From Myxococcales bacterium (GTDB lineage: Bacteria; Myxococcota_A; UBA9042), in NCBI GenBank assembly GCA_037441385.1, contig JBBISH010000123.1, forward strand, positions 1 to 17,743: a stretch of DNA of 17,743 nucleotides. Reading direction: 5' to 3'. The notes below the pieces were generated by a model. The model searched no databases. It was not told the DNA's origin and saw only the letters and a program-made list of their open reading frames with translations. How positions within the stretch are numbered: the stretch's first letter is position 1; each line of letters begins with the position of its first letter. Shown piece after piece: positions 7,938 to 16,291 of this stretch. The position numbers and the translations under genes are program-made.

Positions 7938-8484
7938 CTACTCGCCGCTGATACTCAGGTCGTCTACGAACCAGCCCAGACAGCCGGGCTTGGGCTGCAC
8001 AGTCACGTTGTCAAAGCGCAAGCGCACCTGGAAGTGCTTTCCCGCCATGGCTTTTTGCTCCACGAGCACGGGTTGCCAGATTTGCTGGTCGGCTGTGTTG
8101 TCCAGGGGTTCGCTCCCCGGCACGGTGGCAAAGCCGTCGGCCGAAGCCTTGATGATCCGCACGTCCACGCCGTTTTCGGGCCGTCCGTCGAACCAGTTCT
8201 TCAAAGTCAGGGTCAGCTTGCTCTTGCCGGTGCCATCGAACGTGGCGCTGCTGACGGCTTGCCCTTGATTGTGCCCAGCGCAGCCCACGCCGTCGTTGAA
8301 GTTCAGCGTGAACAAGCCCGACGCGGCAGCCGGGACGGCCGGCGTGGCGTCGCTGGCCCATGTCGCGGTCGTGGTGCCCGCCGCGCCCAACAACGCGGGC
8401 GGCAGGGGCCAAATCAAGTCCTTGCGTCAAGGGAATCGCCAAAGGGCAGGGCGAGGGCGCTGCAACCAAGCGGCATGAACACGT
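7938..8484 (-). pseudogene. Probable decayed fragment encoding the C-terminal beta-sandwich (MAM / cleaved-adhesin / InhA-like) domain of a Cys-repeat surface protein
   Basis: ORF 7938..8417 has a weak TTG start, no RBS and no signal peptide, yet reads as an extracellular domain (TLNFNDG, FQVRLRFDNV, GWFVDDLSI). There is an in-frame TGA at 8427-8429, and plausible continuations in other frames (PLGCSALALPFGDSLDA, preceded by TCS) suggest frameshifts. Confidence 0.55.
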
Positions 8485-8693
8485 GCGTTGGCGGCAGGTG
8501 CGGTTTTCGCCGGATGATGGCGGAGGCAGGGGCCGCATAGATGTGTGCGCACCCCATCGGATTCGCGCTTGCACAGTTCCTGTGGTTCGTTCTGCAACCG
8601 GCGAAAAATAGCAAGATATTCCGAACCACGGCCGGTGAAGCGCCCGGGTTTCTGGCTCGAATTCAACGGCTCTGACTTAAGAAACTGACCTTG

Positions 8694-8723
8694 ATTATGA
8701 CGCAACGCGTTGTTGTGCGTCAA
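8694..8723 (-). promoter_or_regulatory. Putative sigma70 promoter overlapped by an inverted repeat (candidate operator)
   Basis: Minus strand TTGACG (8723-8718), 18-nt spacer, CATAAT (8699-8694). The palindrome TGACGCA-N11-TGCGTCA spans 8698-8722. Confidence 0.55.
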
Positions 8724-8819
8724 TTCTCGACCTAGCTCCACACTGATGCCAAGCTCGAACCTGTGCGATCGGTCGCGGACAAGGGATTTTGGGTGGGACG
8801 CCCTGGTGGGGCTGGAGCA

Positions 8820-11800
8820 CTACAGGCCCAGGCTCAACCACGAACCCCAGCTGCCCAGCGCAGGCAGCCACGCTGCGCCACCGCGCACCACGGCGTCGAT
8901 GGCATAGCCGACCTGCACACTCAAGCCCAGTTCGCCGCCCACAGAGGCCAGCCAGCCGGCGTTCGCGTTGCGTGCCTGGGCGCTGGCCAGGGGCACCGGC
9001 CCCACGCCGGCCGCATCGATGAACAGCTGTCCCGTCAACCGGCCGGCATACACCGGCAGCGCATCCAACGTGCGGCCGATGTCGCGCAGCGGGAATGCGA
9101 GCTGCGTGCCGCCCCACAGCAGCGCGTTGCCGCTCAGCCCAGTTTCCAGGGGAGCGCCGCGTACCGTCCAGTTGGTCGGTCCGCCCAGGCCCAGCACCGC
9201 CAGCGCCTGCATGGGGTGTATGCCTGTAATAGAATAGAGTGGACTGGTTTGCCCAGGCAGCGGCGCCGCGGTCAGCTGTGCGTTCGCCGCCAGCACCATT
9301 CGCCGCCCCATCGGCCAGGCGTGGCGCGTTTCTGCAGCGATCAGGCCGCGTTGCAGGCCGCTGGTCAGACTCTCGGCCACCGTTGCGCGCACCAGCCAGC
9401 TATGCAGGCGCTCGGCCTGGATCGAGGTCGCGTAGGCCTCGGCCGCCGTCCAGCCCACCGCCACATCAGCCAAAACCTCGCTTCCCGCATTGGGTTCGCG
9501 CGGGACCAGCCCGGCCGGCTCGGGTTCAACGGCCAAATCGTAGCGTTGCTCGACCAGCCACGTCTGCACCCAGCGCACCCCGGCGCTGAACTGCCACGAC
9601 CGGCGCAGGTGCGGCAGCCCCCAGTCGACCCCCAAGCGCGCGCCGATGCGCCGTTCTGGCGTGCCATACCACCAAAAGCCGCGGCGAAATCGGCCCCAGG
9701 GCTCGTCGTAGGCAAGGCTCAGGCTCCACAGCGGCTCCCAGCGGCGCACGGCCAAGGTCGCCAGCAGGGTGCGGTCGGTGTTGTCGTTGCGCATCTGCCC
9801 CAAAAGGCTGAGTTCGGCATGGCCGGCAGCGTCGGCGCCCGTGACGGTGGCCCCGATCCAAGTGCCGCCAAAGCGCCAGTCGCGGCCATCGCCGGTGCTG
9901 ACCGCGATCGGGACCCAGGCGCGCGGGGCCAAAGTGGGGAGCGGGTTGTACGCCTGGGTTTGCCAACCCATGCGATCGGCGGGCGGCAGGTAGGCAGGCG
10001 GTGGCGCGGTGGGCAGCAGGCTGGATCCAGAAGCCAAGGAGCCTTGGGGAGTTCGCAGCGGCGGCGCGCACCACACATCGAGCCCATGGCCCTGCTCGCG
10101 AACGGTCGCCACCGCATCCGCGGCAAAGGCCGCCGAGGAAATACCCGTCAGCGTGCGGGTATGCAGTCGCCAGCCCTGCTCGGGGTGGCGCGGGTCCAAT
10201 TCTGCCGCGTCGCGCCGCCGGCCCTGCTGCACCAGCGCCCCAAGCCGCGCTTGGCCTTTGCGCACAAAGGGGTGCAAGTCCCCGACCCACCGCAGCGCGC
10301 CGCCCGTGGCATCGCCGGGTCGCAGCGGATCCAAAGGCGCGATGCCCGCCTGGACTGGCTCTGGGGGCCCCAGCTTGCCGCCGGGCTCCTGTGCCGCCCG
10401 CACCAGCCGCCGCTCGCCGCCGCGGCCGTAGGTCCACCATAGGGCGCCGTCTTGCTCTACGGGCGAATCCAGCACCGTGCCCAGCGCCGCCGGCCCGACC
10501 AGCCACGACCACGCACCCTCTTGCAGCGGCTGGCCTTTTTGGCCCGCGGCCAGCGCCTGCGCCAGATCCAGGGCGACCAGCGCCGTGCGCCCGCCGCGGA
10601 TCGCCACGCCATACACCCGTTTGCCATCTGGGCTGAGCGACATACTGCGCAGCCGCAGCCCGTCGGTCAGGGTCAACTCGCCAAAATCGTCTGCACTGTC
10701 GTGGTCTTGCGAGCCGTCCAGCCGCACCGCCACCAGTTCGCGGAACAGGTAGACGCGGCGATGGTTGCGCGCCGCAACCAGGAGCAACCACTTTCCATCG
10801 GCTGTCAGCAGCGGCTCGTCGCAGTCGTAGGCGCAGCGGTGCAACTCCTGGACCTGCCCGGATTTCAAGTCGATCCGCTCGATCCGCGGCGGACCGTCGC
10901 GCGGCGTGTGCGCCACCAGGGCCCGCCCCTCGCTGTCCATGCTGAGCCGCCCGCGCCAATGGCCGTCGTGGGTCAGACGCCGGCCGTCGCCCTGCAACTC
11001 CGCTTGCGCCAAGGCCTCTGTGGCTCCGTCGGCCAACTCCAGGCCAGTACTCGCCCGCCACTCTTGCCAGGCTTCGCGCCGCACATGCGCTGCCGCGTCG
11101 CGCCAGAGCCGGCTCAGCGAGGCGCCAAAGACTTGCCGCGCCAGTCCCTGGATACCGAACACCAGCACCTGCCGGCCGTATTCGCCCATGAACTCGCGGA
11201 TTTTCTGGTCGCCAAAGCGTCGGTCCAGGTCGTCGATCAGCACCGAGCCATAGAGGTACCAACTGGTGCCAAAGGGCCAGCGCAGCACGCCGCCGGTCAG
11301 CTCGTCCAGGTCGGCGGGCAGGGTGCCGTCGCGGACGGCGGCCCGCAACATTGCTGAAAACTGGGCAGAATCCACGCGTCCGCCCACGCCCGCCACCGCC
11401 GTCTCGCTGCCGGTGTGGCGCGTCTCGACCCAAGTGGCCAGCCCCTCCAGCACCATCCGCGGCAGCGCGGCGTTGGGCATGAAGCGCCGGCCAAAAATCG
11501 CGTTGCCCAGCGCGGGGATGCCCGACACGTCGCCCATGTGCAGGATGTGCGAGTACTCGTGGAACACCAGCGCCCGTACCCAATCGCCGTGGTCCGCCAG
11601 ATCGTTCGCCAGATCCGGGGGATAGGCGAGCAAGTGCACGTGGTCGTAGGGCAGCGGCGTGGCCCAACCGTTGGCCGAGTCGACAAAATCATCCAGCGAG
11701 ATCTGCAGCTTGGGGTGATCGCGGGCGTTGAAAATCGGGGCAAGCGCCCGGCGGGCGTCGTGCAGGGTATCGGCGACCCGCTCGGCCACATGCCGGTACT

Positions 11801-11927
11801 GCTCTGGATAGTGGATATCCGCGTCGTCTGTATGCAGGGTCTGCCAGCGCAGGTCGCCGTCGCCCGCCCACGCCGCGGTCGGCAGCAGGGCCAGGGCCAA
11901 AATCAGCAGCCGCTGGGCCCAGTTCAC
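8820..11927 (-). CDS. Outer-membrane protein: N-terminal zinc metallopeptidase (gluzincin-like), TolB/PD40-like beta-propeller, C-terminal Omp85/BamA-type barrel
   Basis: GTG start and signal peptide ending AWA. HEYSH (11547-11561) followed by LEGLATWVE; propeller-type segments (EPLLTADGKWL, SLSPDGKRV); Omp85-like C-terminus (TVRGAP..LSGN..QLAFPL..FIDAA..ASVGGELG..WLSLGL). Confidence 0.85.
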   Translation of the reverse strand: MNWAQRLLILALALLPTAAWAGDGDLRWQTLHTDDADIHYPEQYRHVAERVADTLHDARRALAPIFNARDHPKLQISLDDFVDSANGWATPLPYDHVHLLAYPPDLANDLADHGDWVRALVFHEYSHILHMGDVSGIPALGNAIFGRRFMPNAALPRMVLEGLATWVETRHTGSETAVAGVGGRVDSAQFSAMLRAAVRDGTLPADLDELTGGVLRWPFGTSWYLYGSVLIDDLDRRFGDQKIREFMGEYGRQVLVFGIQGLARQVFGASLSRLWRDAAAHVRREAWQEWRASTGLELADGATEALAQAELQGDGRRLTHDGHWRGRLSMDSEGRALVAHTPRDGPPRIERIDLKSGQVQELHRCAYDCDEPLLTADGKWLLLVAARNHRRVYLFRELVAVRLDGSQDHDSADDFGELTLTDGLRLRSMSLSPDGKRVYGVAIRGGRTALVALDLAQALAAGQKGQPLQEGAWSWLVGPAALGTVLDSPVEQDGALWWTYGRGGERRLVRAAQEPGGKLGPPEPVQAGIAPLDPLRPGDATGGALRWVGDLHPFVRKGQARLGALVQQGRRRDAAELDPRHPEQGWRLHTRTLTGISSAAFAADAVATVREQGHGLDVWCAPPLRTPQGSLASGSSLLPTAPPPAYLPPADRMGWQTQAYNPLPTLAPRAWVPIAVSTGDGRDWRFGGTWIGATVTGADAAGHAELSLLGQMRNDNTDRTLLATLAVRRWEPLWSLSLAYDEPWGRFRRGFWWYGTPERRIGARLGVDWGLPHLRRSWQFSAGVRWVQTWLVEQRYDLAVEPEPAGLVPREPNAGSEVLADVAVGWTAAEAYATSIQAERLHSWLVRATVAESLTSGLQRGLIAAETRHAWPMGRRMVLAANAQLTAAPLPGQTSPLYSITGIHPMQALAVLGLGGPTNWTVRGAPLETGLSGNALLWGGTQLAFPLRDIGRTLDALPVYAGRLTGQLFIDAAGVGPVPLASAQARNANAGWLASVGGELGLSVQVGYAIDAVVRGGAAWLPALGSWGSWLSLGL

Positions 11928-11933
11928 GGGTTG

Positions 11934-13148
11934 CTAACCGGCCTGCTCGGCCTGCGCGAGTTGCGCGACCAGGTGCGGCGGCAGCTCGGCGTACACGTCT
12001 TCGAAGAGCGTCCGCAGCGGCACCGGCGGCACTTGCTCGGCTTCGGCCAGCGCTTGCTTCAGCTCGGCTTCGCACTCAGCCCGCAGCGCGTCCAGCTCGG
12101 CCTGCGTCAACTGCCCTTGCGCCATCAGGTACTGCGCCAGCCGGTCGATGGGATCGCGCGCCGCCCACTGCTTGGTCAGGCCCTCGTCCCGATACCGGCT
12201 CGGGTCGTCCGAGGTCGTGTGCGCGCCCACGCGGTAGGTCACCGCTTCCACGAGCACCGGCGTCCCGCCCTCGCGCACATGCTTGGCCGCCGCTTGCAGC
12301 ACCCGCAGCACGGCCAGCGCGTCGTTGCCGTCGACCCGCACGCCAACCAGGCCGTAGGACTCGGCTTTCAGCGCCAGGCTGGGCGCGGCGGATTGCTTCT
12401 CGATGGGCGTGGAGATCGCCCACTGGTTGTTCTGCACGTACAGGATCAGCGGCAGGCCCAAGCCGCGCGGCCGCATCACGCCGGCAAAGGTCAAGGCGAC
12501 ATGGAAGTCGCCTTCGCTGGTGGCGCCATCGCCGATCGCCCCAAGGCACACCGGCCGGTCGGGCGCGCTGTGCCGCAACGCCATCGCATACGCCGTGCCC
12601 ACCGCCTGCGGCATCTGGGTGGCCATCACGCTGGAAAGCGTCACGAAGTTCAGCTCTTTGCTGCCGTAGTGGCACGGCATCTGCCGGCCCTTGGTCGACT
12701 TGTCTTCGGCGCTGCCAAAGATCTGCGCCAGATAGGTCTTGAGCGGGTAGCCGCGGTGCAGCGCAATTCCGCCTTCGCGCAGCGCTGGGTGCACCCAATC
12801 GCGCAGTTGCAGCGCGTGGCCGGCGGCAATGGTGCCCGCTTCTTGCCCCGTGGCCGCGCCGTAAAAGCCAATCCGCCCCTGCCGTTGCAGGCCCAACATC
12901 CGCTCGTCGATGACACGCTGCCGCACCATCGAGCGCAGCATCGCCTTGGCGTCGGCGTGGCTGACCCCGGTGCCGTTCTCGAGCGTTGGATTGGGGGCGA
13001 TCACCGCGCCATCCGGCCGAAGCACGCGAAAACACTCCAGCATCGCGGTCCGATCGCCCACCTGCAGCGACGGGAAGGTCGGCGAGCGATCCTGGGCCAG
13101 GTCGTCGTAGCGGGGACTGGTGCGGGGCGTGGCGGTCGGGTCGGTCAT
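11934..13148 (-). CDS. bkdA1: ThDP-dependent 2-oxoacid dehydrogenase E1 alpha subunit (branched-chain type; often annotated pdhA)
   Basis: ATG at 13148 with GGAGG 5 nt upstream. LQRQGRIGFY..GQEA, GRQMPCHYGS, ThDP motif GDGATSEGDF..NNQWAIS, VDGNDALAV, TYRVGAHTTSDDPSRYR. Substrate specificity is inferred. Confidence 0.92.
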   Translation of the reverse strand: MTDPTATPRTSPRYDDLAQDRSPTFPSLQVGDRTAMLECFRVLRPDGAVIAPNPTLENGTGVSHADAKAMLRSMVRQRVIDERMLGLQRQGRIGFYGAATGQEAGTIAAGHALQLRDWVHPALREGGIALHRGYPLKTYLAQIFGSAEDKSTKGRQMPCHYGSKELNFVTLSSVMATQMPQAVGTAYAMALRHSAPDRPVCLGAIGDGATSEGDFHVALTFAGVMRPRGLGLPLILYVQNNQWAISTPIEKQSAAPSLALKAESYGLVGVRVDGNDALAVLRVLQAAAKHVREGGTPVLVEAVTYRVGAHTTSDDPSRYRDEGLTKQWAARDPIDRLAQYLMAQGQLTQAELDALRAECEAELKQALAEAEQVPPVPLRTLFEDVYAELPPHLVAQLAQAEQAG

Positions 13149-13232
13149 CGGGGCCTCCGGGGGCTGTATTCTGGCCAGCGGGGGCGGTTCTGGCAACTGG
13201 GGATTGCGGGGCTGTCCGCCGACGCAACCTGG

Positions 13233-13263
13233 TTGACGCGCGTGATGATTCAAGCGTATCATC
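13233..13263 (+). promoter_or_regulatory. Putative sigma70 promoter of the chr operon with an operator-like palindrome
   Basis: TTGACG (13233-13238), 18-nt spacer, TATCAT (13257-13262). Imperfect inverted repeat GATGATTC-aagc-GTATCATC (13244-13263) over the -10. RBS AGGAG at 13286-13290. Confidence 0.6.
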
Positions 13264-13298
13264 TGTGAAACCCCAAGCCGCCGCCAGGAGAAGCCCAA

Positions 13299-14234
13299 AT
13301 GCCTACCGCTGACGCCCGCTGGTGGCTATTCATCCACCAGATCCCGCCCAAGCCCGACTACTTGCGCGTGAAGATCGGCCGTCGACTGGCAAGAATCGGC
13401 GCGATTGGCCTGAAAAACACCGTCTACGTCTTGCCACGGACCGAAAGTTGCCGTGAGGACCTGCAGTGGGTGTTCCGGGAGATTCGCGAAGGTGGTGGCG
13501 ATGCAATGCTTTTTGCTGCAGATGCCGTCGAAGGGTTGACGGATCCCGACGTGGAAGGCCTGTTCCGGACCGCGCGCAATGAGGACTATGCGGTTTTGGC
13601 CGAGGAAGGTCGTGCGTTGATTCAGTTGTGCGAGGAGTCGTCTTCTGCCGTGTCTCTTCCGGCTCTCGCTAGGCTGCAGCGGCAAGCGGACGAAGTGGCG
13701 GCGATCGACTTCTTCGCCGCGGCGGGTCGAACGCAGGTGGCGGAACTGCTGACCAGCCTGCGCACACGTCTGACGCCGGGCGTCACTGCGCCGGTGACAC
13801 AGCCGCAACAATGGCAAGGCCGCACGTGGGTCACCCGGCAAGGCATTCAGGTCGACCGCATCGCCTGCGCATGGCTCATCTGCCGCTTCATCGACGCCCA
13901 AGCGCAATTCAAATTCGTGCCGCCGCTGGGTCATACGCTCCAACCGGGCGAAGTGCGCTTCGACATGTACGACGCGGAATTTACGCACGAGGGCGACAAG
14001 TGCTCATTCGAAGTGCTGGTCGAGCGCATGGGCCTCAGCGTGCCGGGACTGTCGCAGCTGGCCGAAATCATTCACGACATCGACGTCAAAGACGGAAAGT
14101 TCGCGAGGCCGGAGAGTCCCGGCGTCGCGGCGTTTTTGCGTGGCTTGGCACTGGCTTGGCCAGAGGATCAGACCCGGCTCGCGCGTGGGTCGGCCTATCT
14201 GGATGACCTGCTCGGCGCCTTGGCGAGCGGATGA
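13299..14234 (+). CDS. chrB: Chromate resistance regulator ChrB
   Basis: N-domain WWLFIHQIPPKPDYLRVKIGRRL..GA..LKNTVYVLP; C-domain WVTRQGIQVDRIACAWLICRFID..FDM..FTHEGDKCSFEVL..IIHDID. Strong RBS; context with SOD and ChrA. Confidence 0.93.
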   Translation: MPTADARWWLFIHQIPPKPDYLRVKIGRRLARIGAIGLKNTVYVLPRTESCREDLQWVFREIREGGGDAMLFAADAVEGLTDPDVEGLFRTARNEDYAVLAEEGRALIQLCEESSSAVSLPALARLQRQADEVAAIDFFAAAGRTQVAELLTSLRTRLTPGVTAPVTQPQQWQGRTWVTRQGIQVDRIACAWLICRFIDAQAQFKFVPPLGHTLQPGEVRFDMYDAEFTHEGDKCSFEVLVERMGLSVPGLSQLAEIIHDIDVKDGKFARPESPGVAAFLRGLALAWPEDQTRLARGSAYLDDLLGALASG

Positions 14235-14243
14235 GAGGAACGG

Positions 14244-14960
14244 ATGGAACGGCGTGAACTTCTGACAACAATCGCAGCGGCGACGGTTCTTGTCGCGGGA
14301 GGCAAGGTGATGGCGCAGGAAGGCAAGAAGCTTGAAACAGAAGGCGTTGGCCCAGGGCAGCACAGAATCGTCCCACTGCCCTTCGATCCCAGAAAGCTCA
14401 ACGGAATCAGCGAGAAGATGATCATGTCGCATCACGAGAACAACTACGCCGGCGCGGTCAAAAATTTGAACAGAACCGAGGAGATGCTGGCAGGATTGAA
14501 GGAGCCGGCGCCGTTCTTGGTGGGCGGGCTGCGCGAGCGTGAGCTGACGTTCGCCAACTCGAAAGTGCTGCACGAACTGTACTTTGGCAACCTGGGCGGC
14601 GACGGCAAGGCGTCTGGCAGCGTGGAGAAGGCGATTGCCGCGACGTTTGGGAGTTTTGCCAGCTGGGAAGCGCAGTTCAAGGCCACCGGAGCGGCGTTGG
14701 GCGGCGGCAGCGGCTGGGTCACGCTGAGCTATAGCCTGCACCTGCAGCAGCTCCGCATCGCATGGTCGGGAGGACACACCCAGGCACTTGCGAGCGGAGT
14801 CCCGTTGCTGGTCATGGATATGTACGAGCACGCCTACCAGATTGACTACGGTGCGGCGGCGGCAAAGTACGTCGAGACGTTTTTTCAGAACGTGCACTGG
14901 GATGAAGTGGGTCGGCGCCTGGAACGGGCGCAGTTGGCGGCCACCGCGCTGAGGGCGTAG
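14244..14960 (+). CDS. chrC: Fe/Mn superoxide dismutase of ChrC type with a twin-arginine signal peptide
   Basis: SHHENNYAGAV, LHELYFGNL, GGSGWV and DMYEHAY metal-ligand motifs. N-terminal MERRELL plus hydrophobic stretch and VMA-Q. GAGAGG RBS. Confidence 0.9.
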   Translation: MERRELLTTIAAATVLVAGGKVMAQEGKKLETEGVGPGQHRIVPLPFDPRKLNGISEKMIMSHHENNYAGAVKNLNRTEEMLAGLKEPAPFLVGGLRERELTFANSKVLHELYFGNLGGDGKASGSVEKAIAATFGSFASWEAQFKATGAALGGGSGWVTLSYSLHLQQLRIAWSGGHTQALASGVPLLVMDMYEHAYQIDYGAAAAKYVETFFQNVHWDEVGRRLERAQLAATALRA

Positions 14961-16091
14961 ATGCAGGTGCAGTCAGCGCCAATGCGCGAATTTCTTCTGT
15001 ATTTCCTCCGGTTGGGTGCTTTCGGCTTTGGCGGACCGATCGCACTCTGTGGCTACATGCAACGCGACCTGGTCGAGCAGAAGCGTTGGATTTCAGAAGA
15101 GGATTATGTGGAGGGGCTGGCGCTGGCCCAACTCGCCCCAGGGCCGCTGGCGGCGCAGTTGGCCATCTACCTCGGCTGGATTCGCGCCGGGTTTTGGGGC
15201 GCTACGGGGACGGGCCTGGCGTTCGTCTTGCCGTCGTTCCTCATGGTGCTCGCGCTCTCGGCCGTCTACGTTCGCTTCGGCGGCCTGCCCTGGATGCAGG
15301 GGGCTTTTTACGGCGTGGGTGCCGCAGTCATCGCCATCATCGCGCGCAGCGCCTGGAAGCTCACCAAGCTTACCTTGAAGAAGGACAGGCTGCTGTGGGG
15401 CATTTCTGCCGCGAGCACCCTGGTCACCGCATGGACCGAGCAGGAGATCGTTTGGCTGTTCCTGCTTGCGGGCGCGCTGGTGCTGGCGGTGCGTGCGCGC
15501 GGGACCACAACGATGGTGGTGGCGCCATTCTTGTTGACCGGGTTGCAGGGCGTGGCCTCATCCGCGATCTTGGTCCAGATTCTGTGGGTCTTTGCTGCGG
15601 CCGGCGCGGTGGTTTTTGGCAGCGGACTGGCCATCGTACCGTTCCTGCGCGGCGCCGTGGTGGTCGACCACCACTGGCTGACGGACCAGCAGTTCTTGGA
15701 CGCGGTGGCGGTCGCCATGATCACGCCCGGGCCCGTCGTCATCACTGTCGCGTTCATCGGTTACCTGGTGGCCGGCCCGCTGGGGGCCGTGGTGGCGGCT
15801 TTGGGCGTGTTCCTGCCTTGCTGGTTGCTGGTAGTCGGCCCGGCGTCGTTTTTTCGCCGCCACGCGAAGAATCCCAAGGTGCACGCTTTTGTCGACGGCG
15901 TGACGGCCGCGGCGACGGGAGCGATTGCCGGGGCCGCGATGGTGTTGGGCAAACGCGCCATCTACGACCTGCCCACGTTGCTGGTGGCCCTTGCCGCGCT
16001 CCTGGCGCTTTGGCGCATGAAGAAGGTCCCAGAGCCCATGGTCATCTTGACGGCGGGCGTGGCTGGTCTGGCTCTGCGGAGCTTGCCGTAG
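14961..16091 (+). CDS. chrA: Chromate efflux transporter ChrA (two-domain CHR family)
   Basis: GAFGFGG, LAQLAPGP, GAVVFGSG and VAMITPGP motifs in two homologous halves; highly hydrophobic. ATG directly abuts the SOD stop (alternative start 14982). Confidence 0.95.
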   Translation: MQVQSAPMREFLLYFLRLGAFGFGGPIALCGYMQRDLVEQKRWISEEDYVEGLALAQLAPGPLAAQLAIYLGWIRAGFWGATGTGLAFVLPSFLMVLALSAVYVRFGGLPWMQGAFYGVGAAVIAIIARSAWKLTKLTLKKDRLLWGISAASTLVTAWTEQEIVWLFLLAGALVLAVRARGTTTMVVAPFLLTGLQGVASSAILVQILWVFAAAGAVVFGSGLAIVPFLRGAVVVDHHWLTDQQFLDAVAVAMITPGPVVITVAFIGYLVAGPLGAVVAALGVFLPCWLLVVGPASFFRRHAKNPKVHAFVDGVTAAATGAIAGAAMVLGKRAIYDLPTLLVALAALLALWRMKKVPEPMVILTAGVAGLALRSLP

Positions 16092-16291
16092 CGGGCTGGG
16101 TCGAAGCGCGCGCGTCGTTGCGGTCGGATCGCGCTGGGATTCCTGTCACAGTACCGCTGTCCGGAGCCGTATTGTCCCTGTGTCGGGGCGGCAGGTGCGG
16201 TCTGCATGGCTGGACTGCGTCCGCAATTCGGGCACGAATCACGCCTCTCTCGCCGCAACCCACCTGCGATCGGCCTACGGCGGCGACTTCC

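Noticed and set aside
5801..7951. Long alternative ORFs (e.g. 5801..7951 +, 8763..10442 +, 9526..11667 -, 11415..13268 +, 15086..17197 +)
   Set aside because: Antisense or off-frame shadows of well-supported genes, expected in high-GC DNA. They are Arg/Ala/Gly-rich with no recognisable motifs.
8427..8429. TGA readthrough or selenocysteine joining ORF 8427..8741 to 7938..8417
   Set aside because: The upstream ORF does not look protein-like, crosses the promoter and has no evident SECIS. Decay by frameshift fits better.
8504..8723. Retron msr/msd or DGR interpretation of the inverted repeats
   Set aside because: No reverse transcriptase gene and no template/variable repeat pair in the window.
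13149..13298. 50-aa N-terminal extension of E1 alpha
   Set aside because: It runs through the chr promoter, and ATG 13148 has a good GGAGG RBS.
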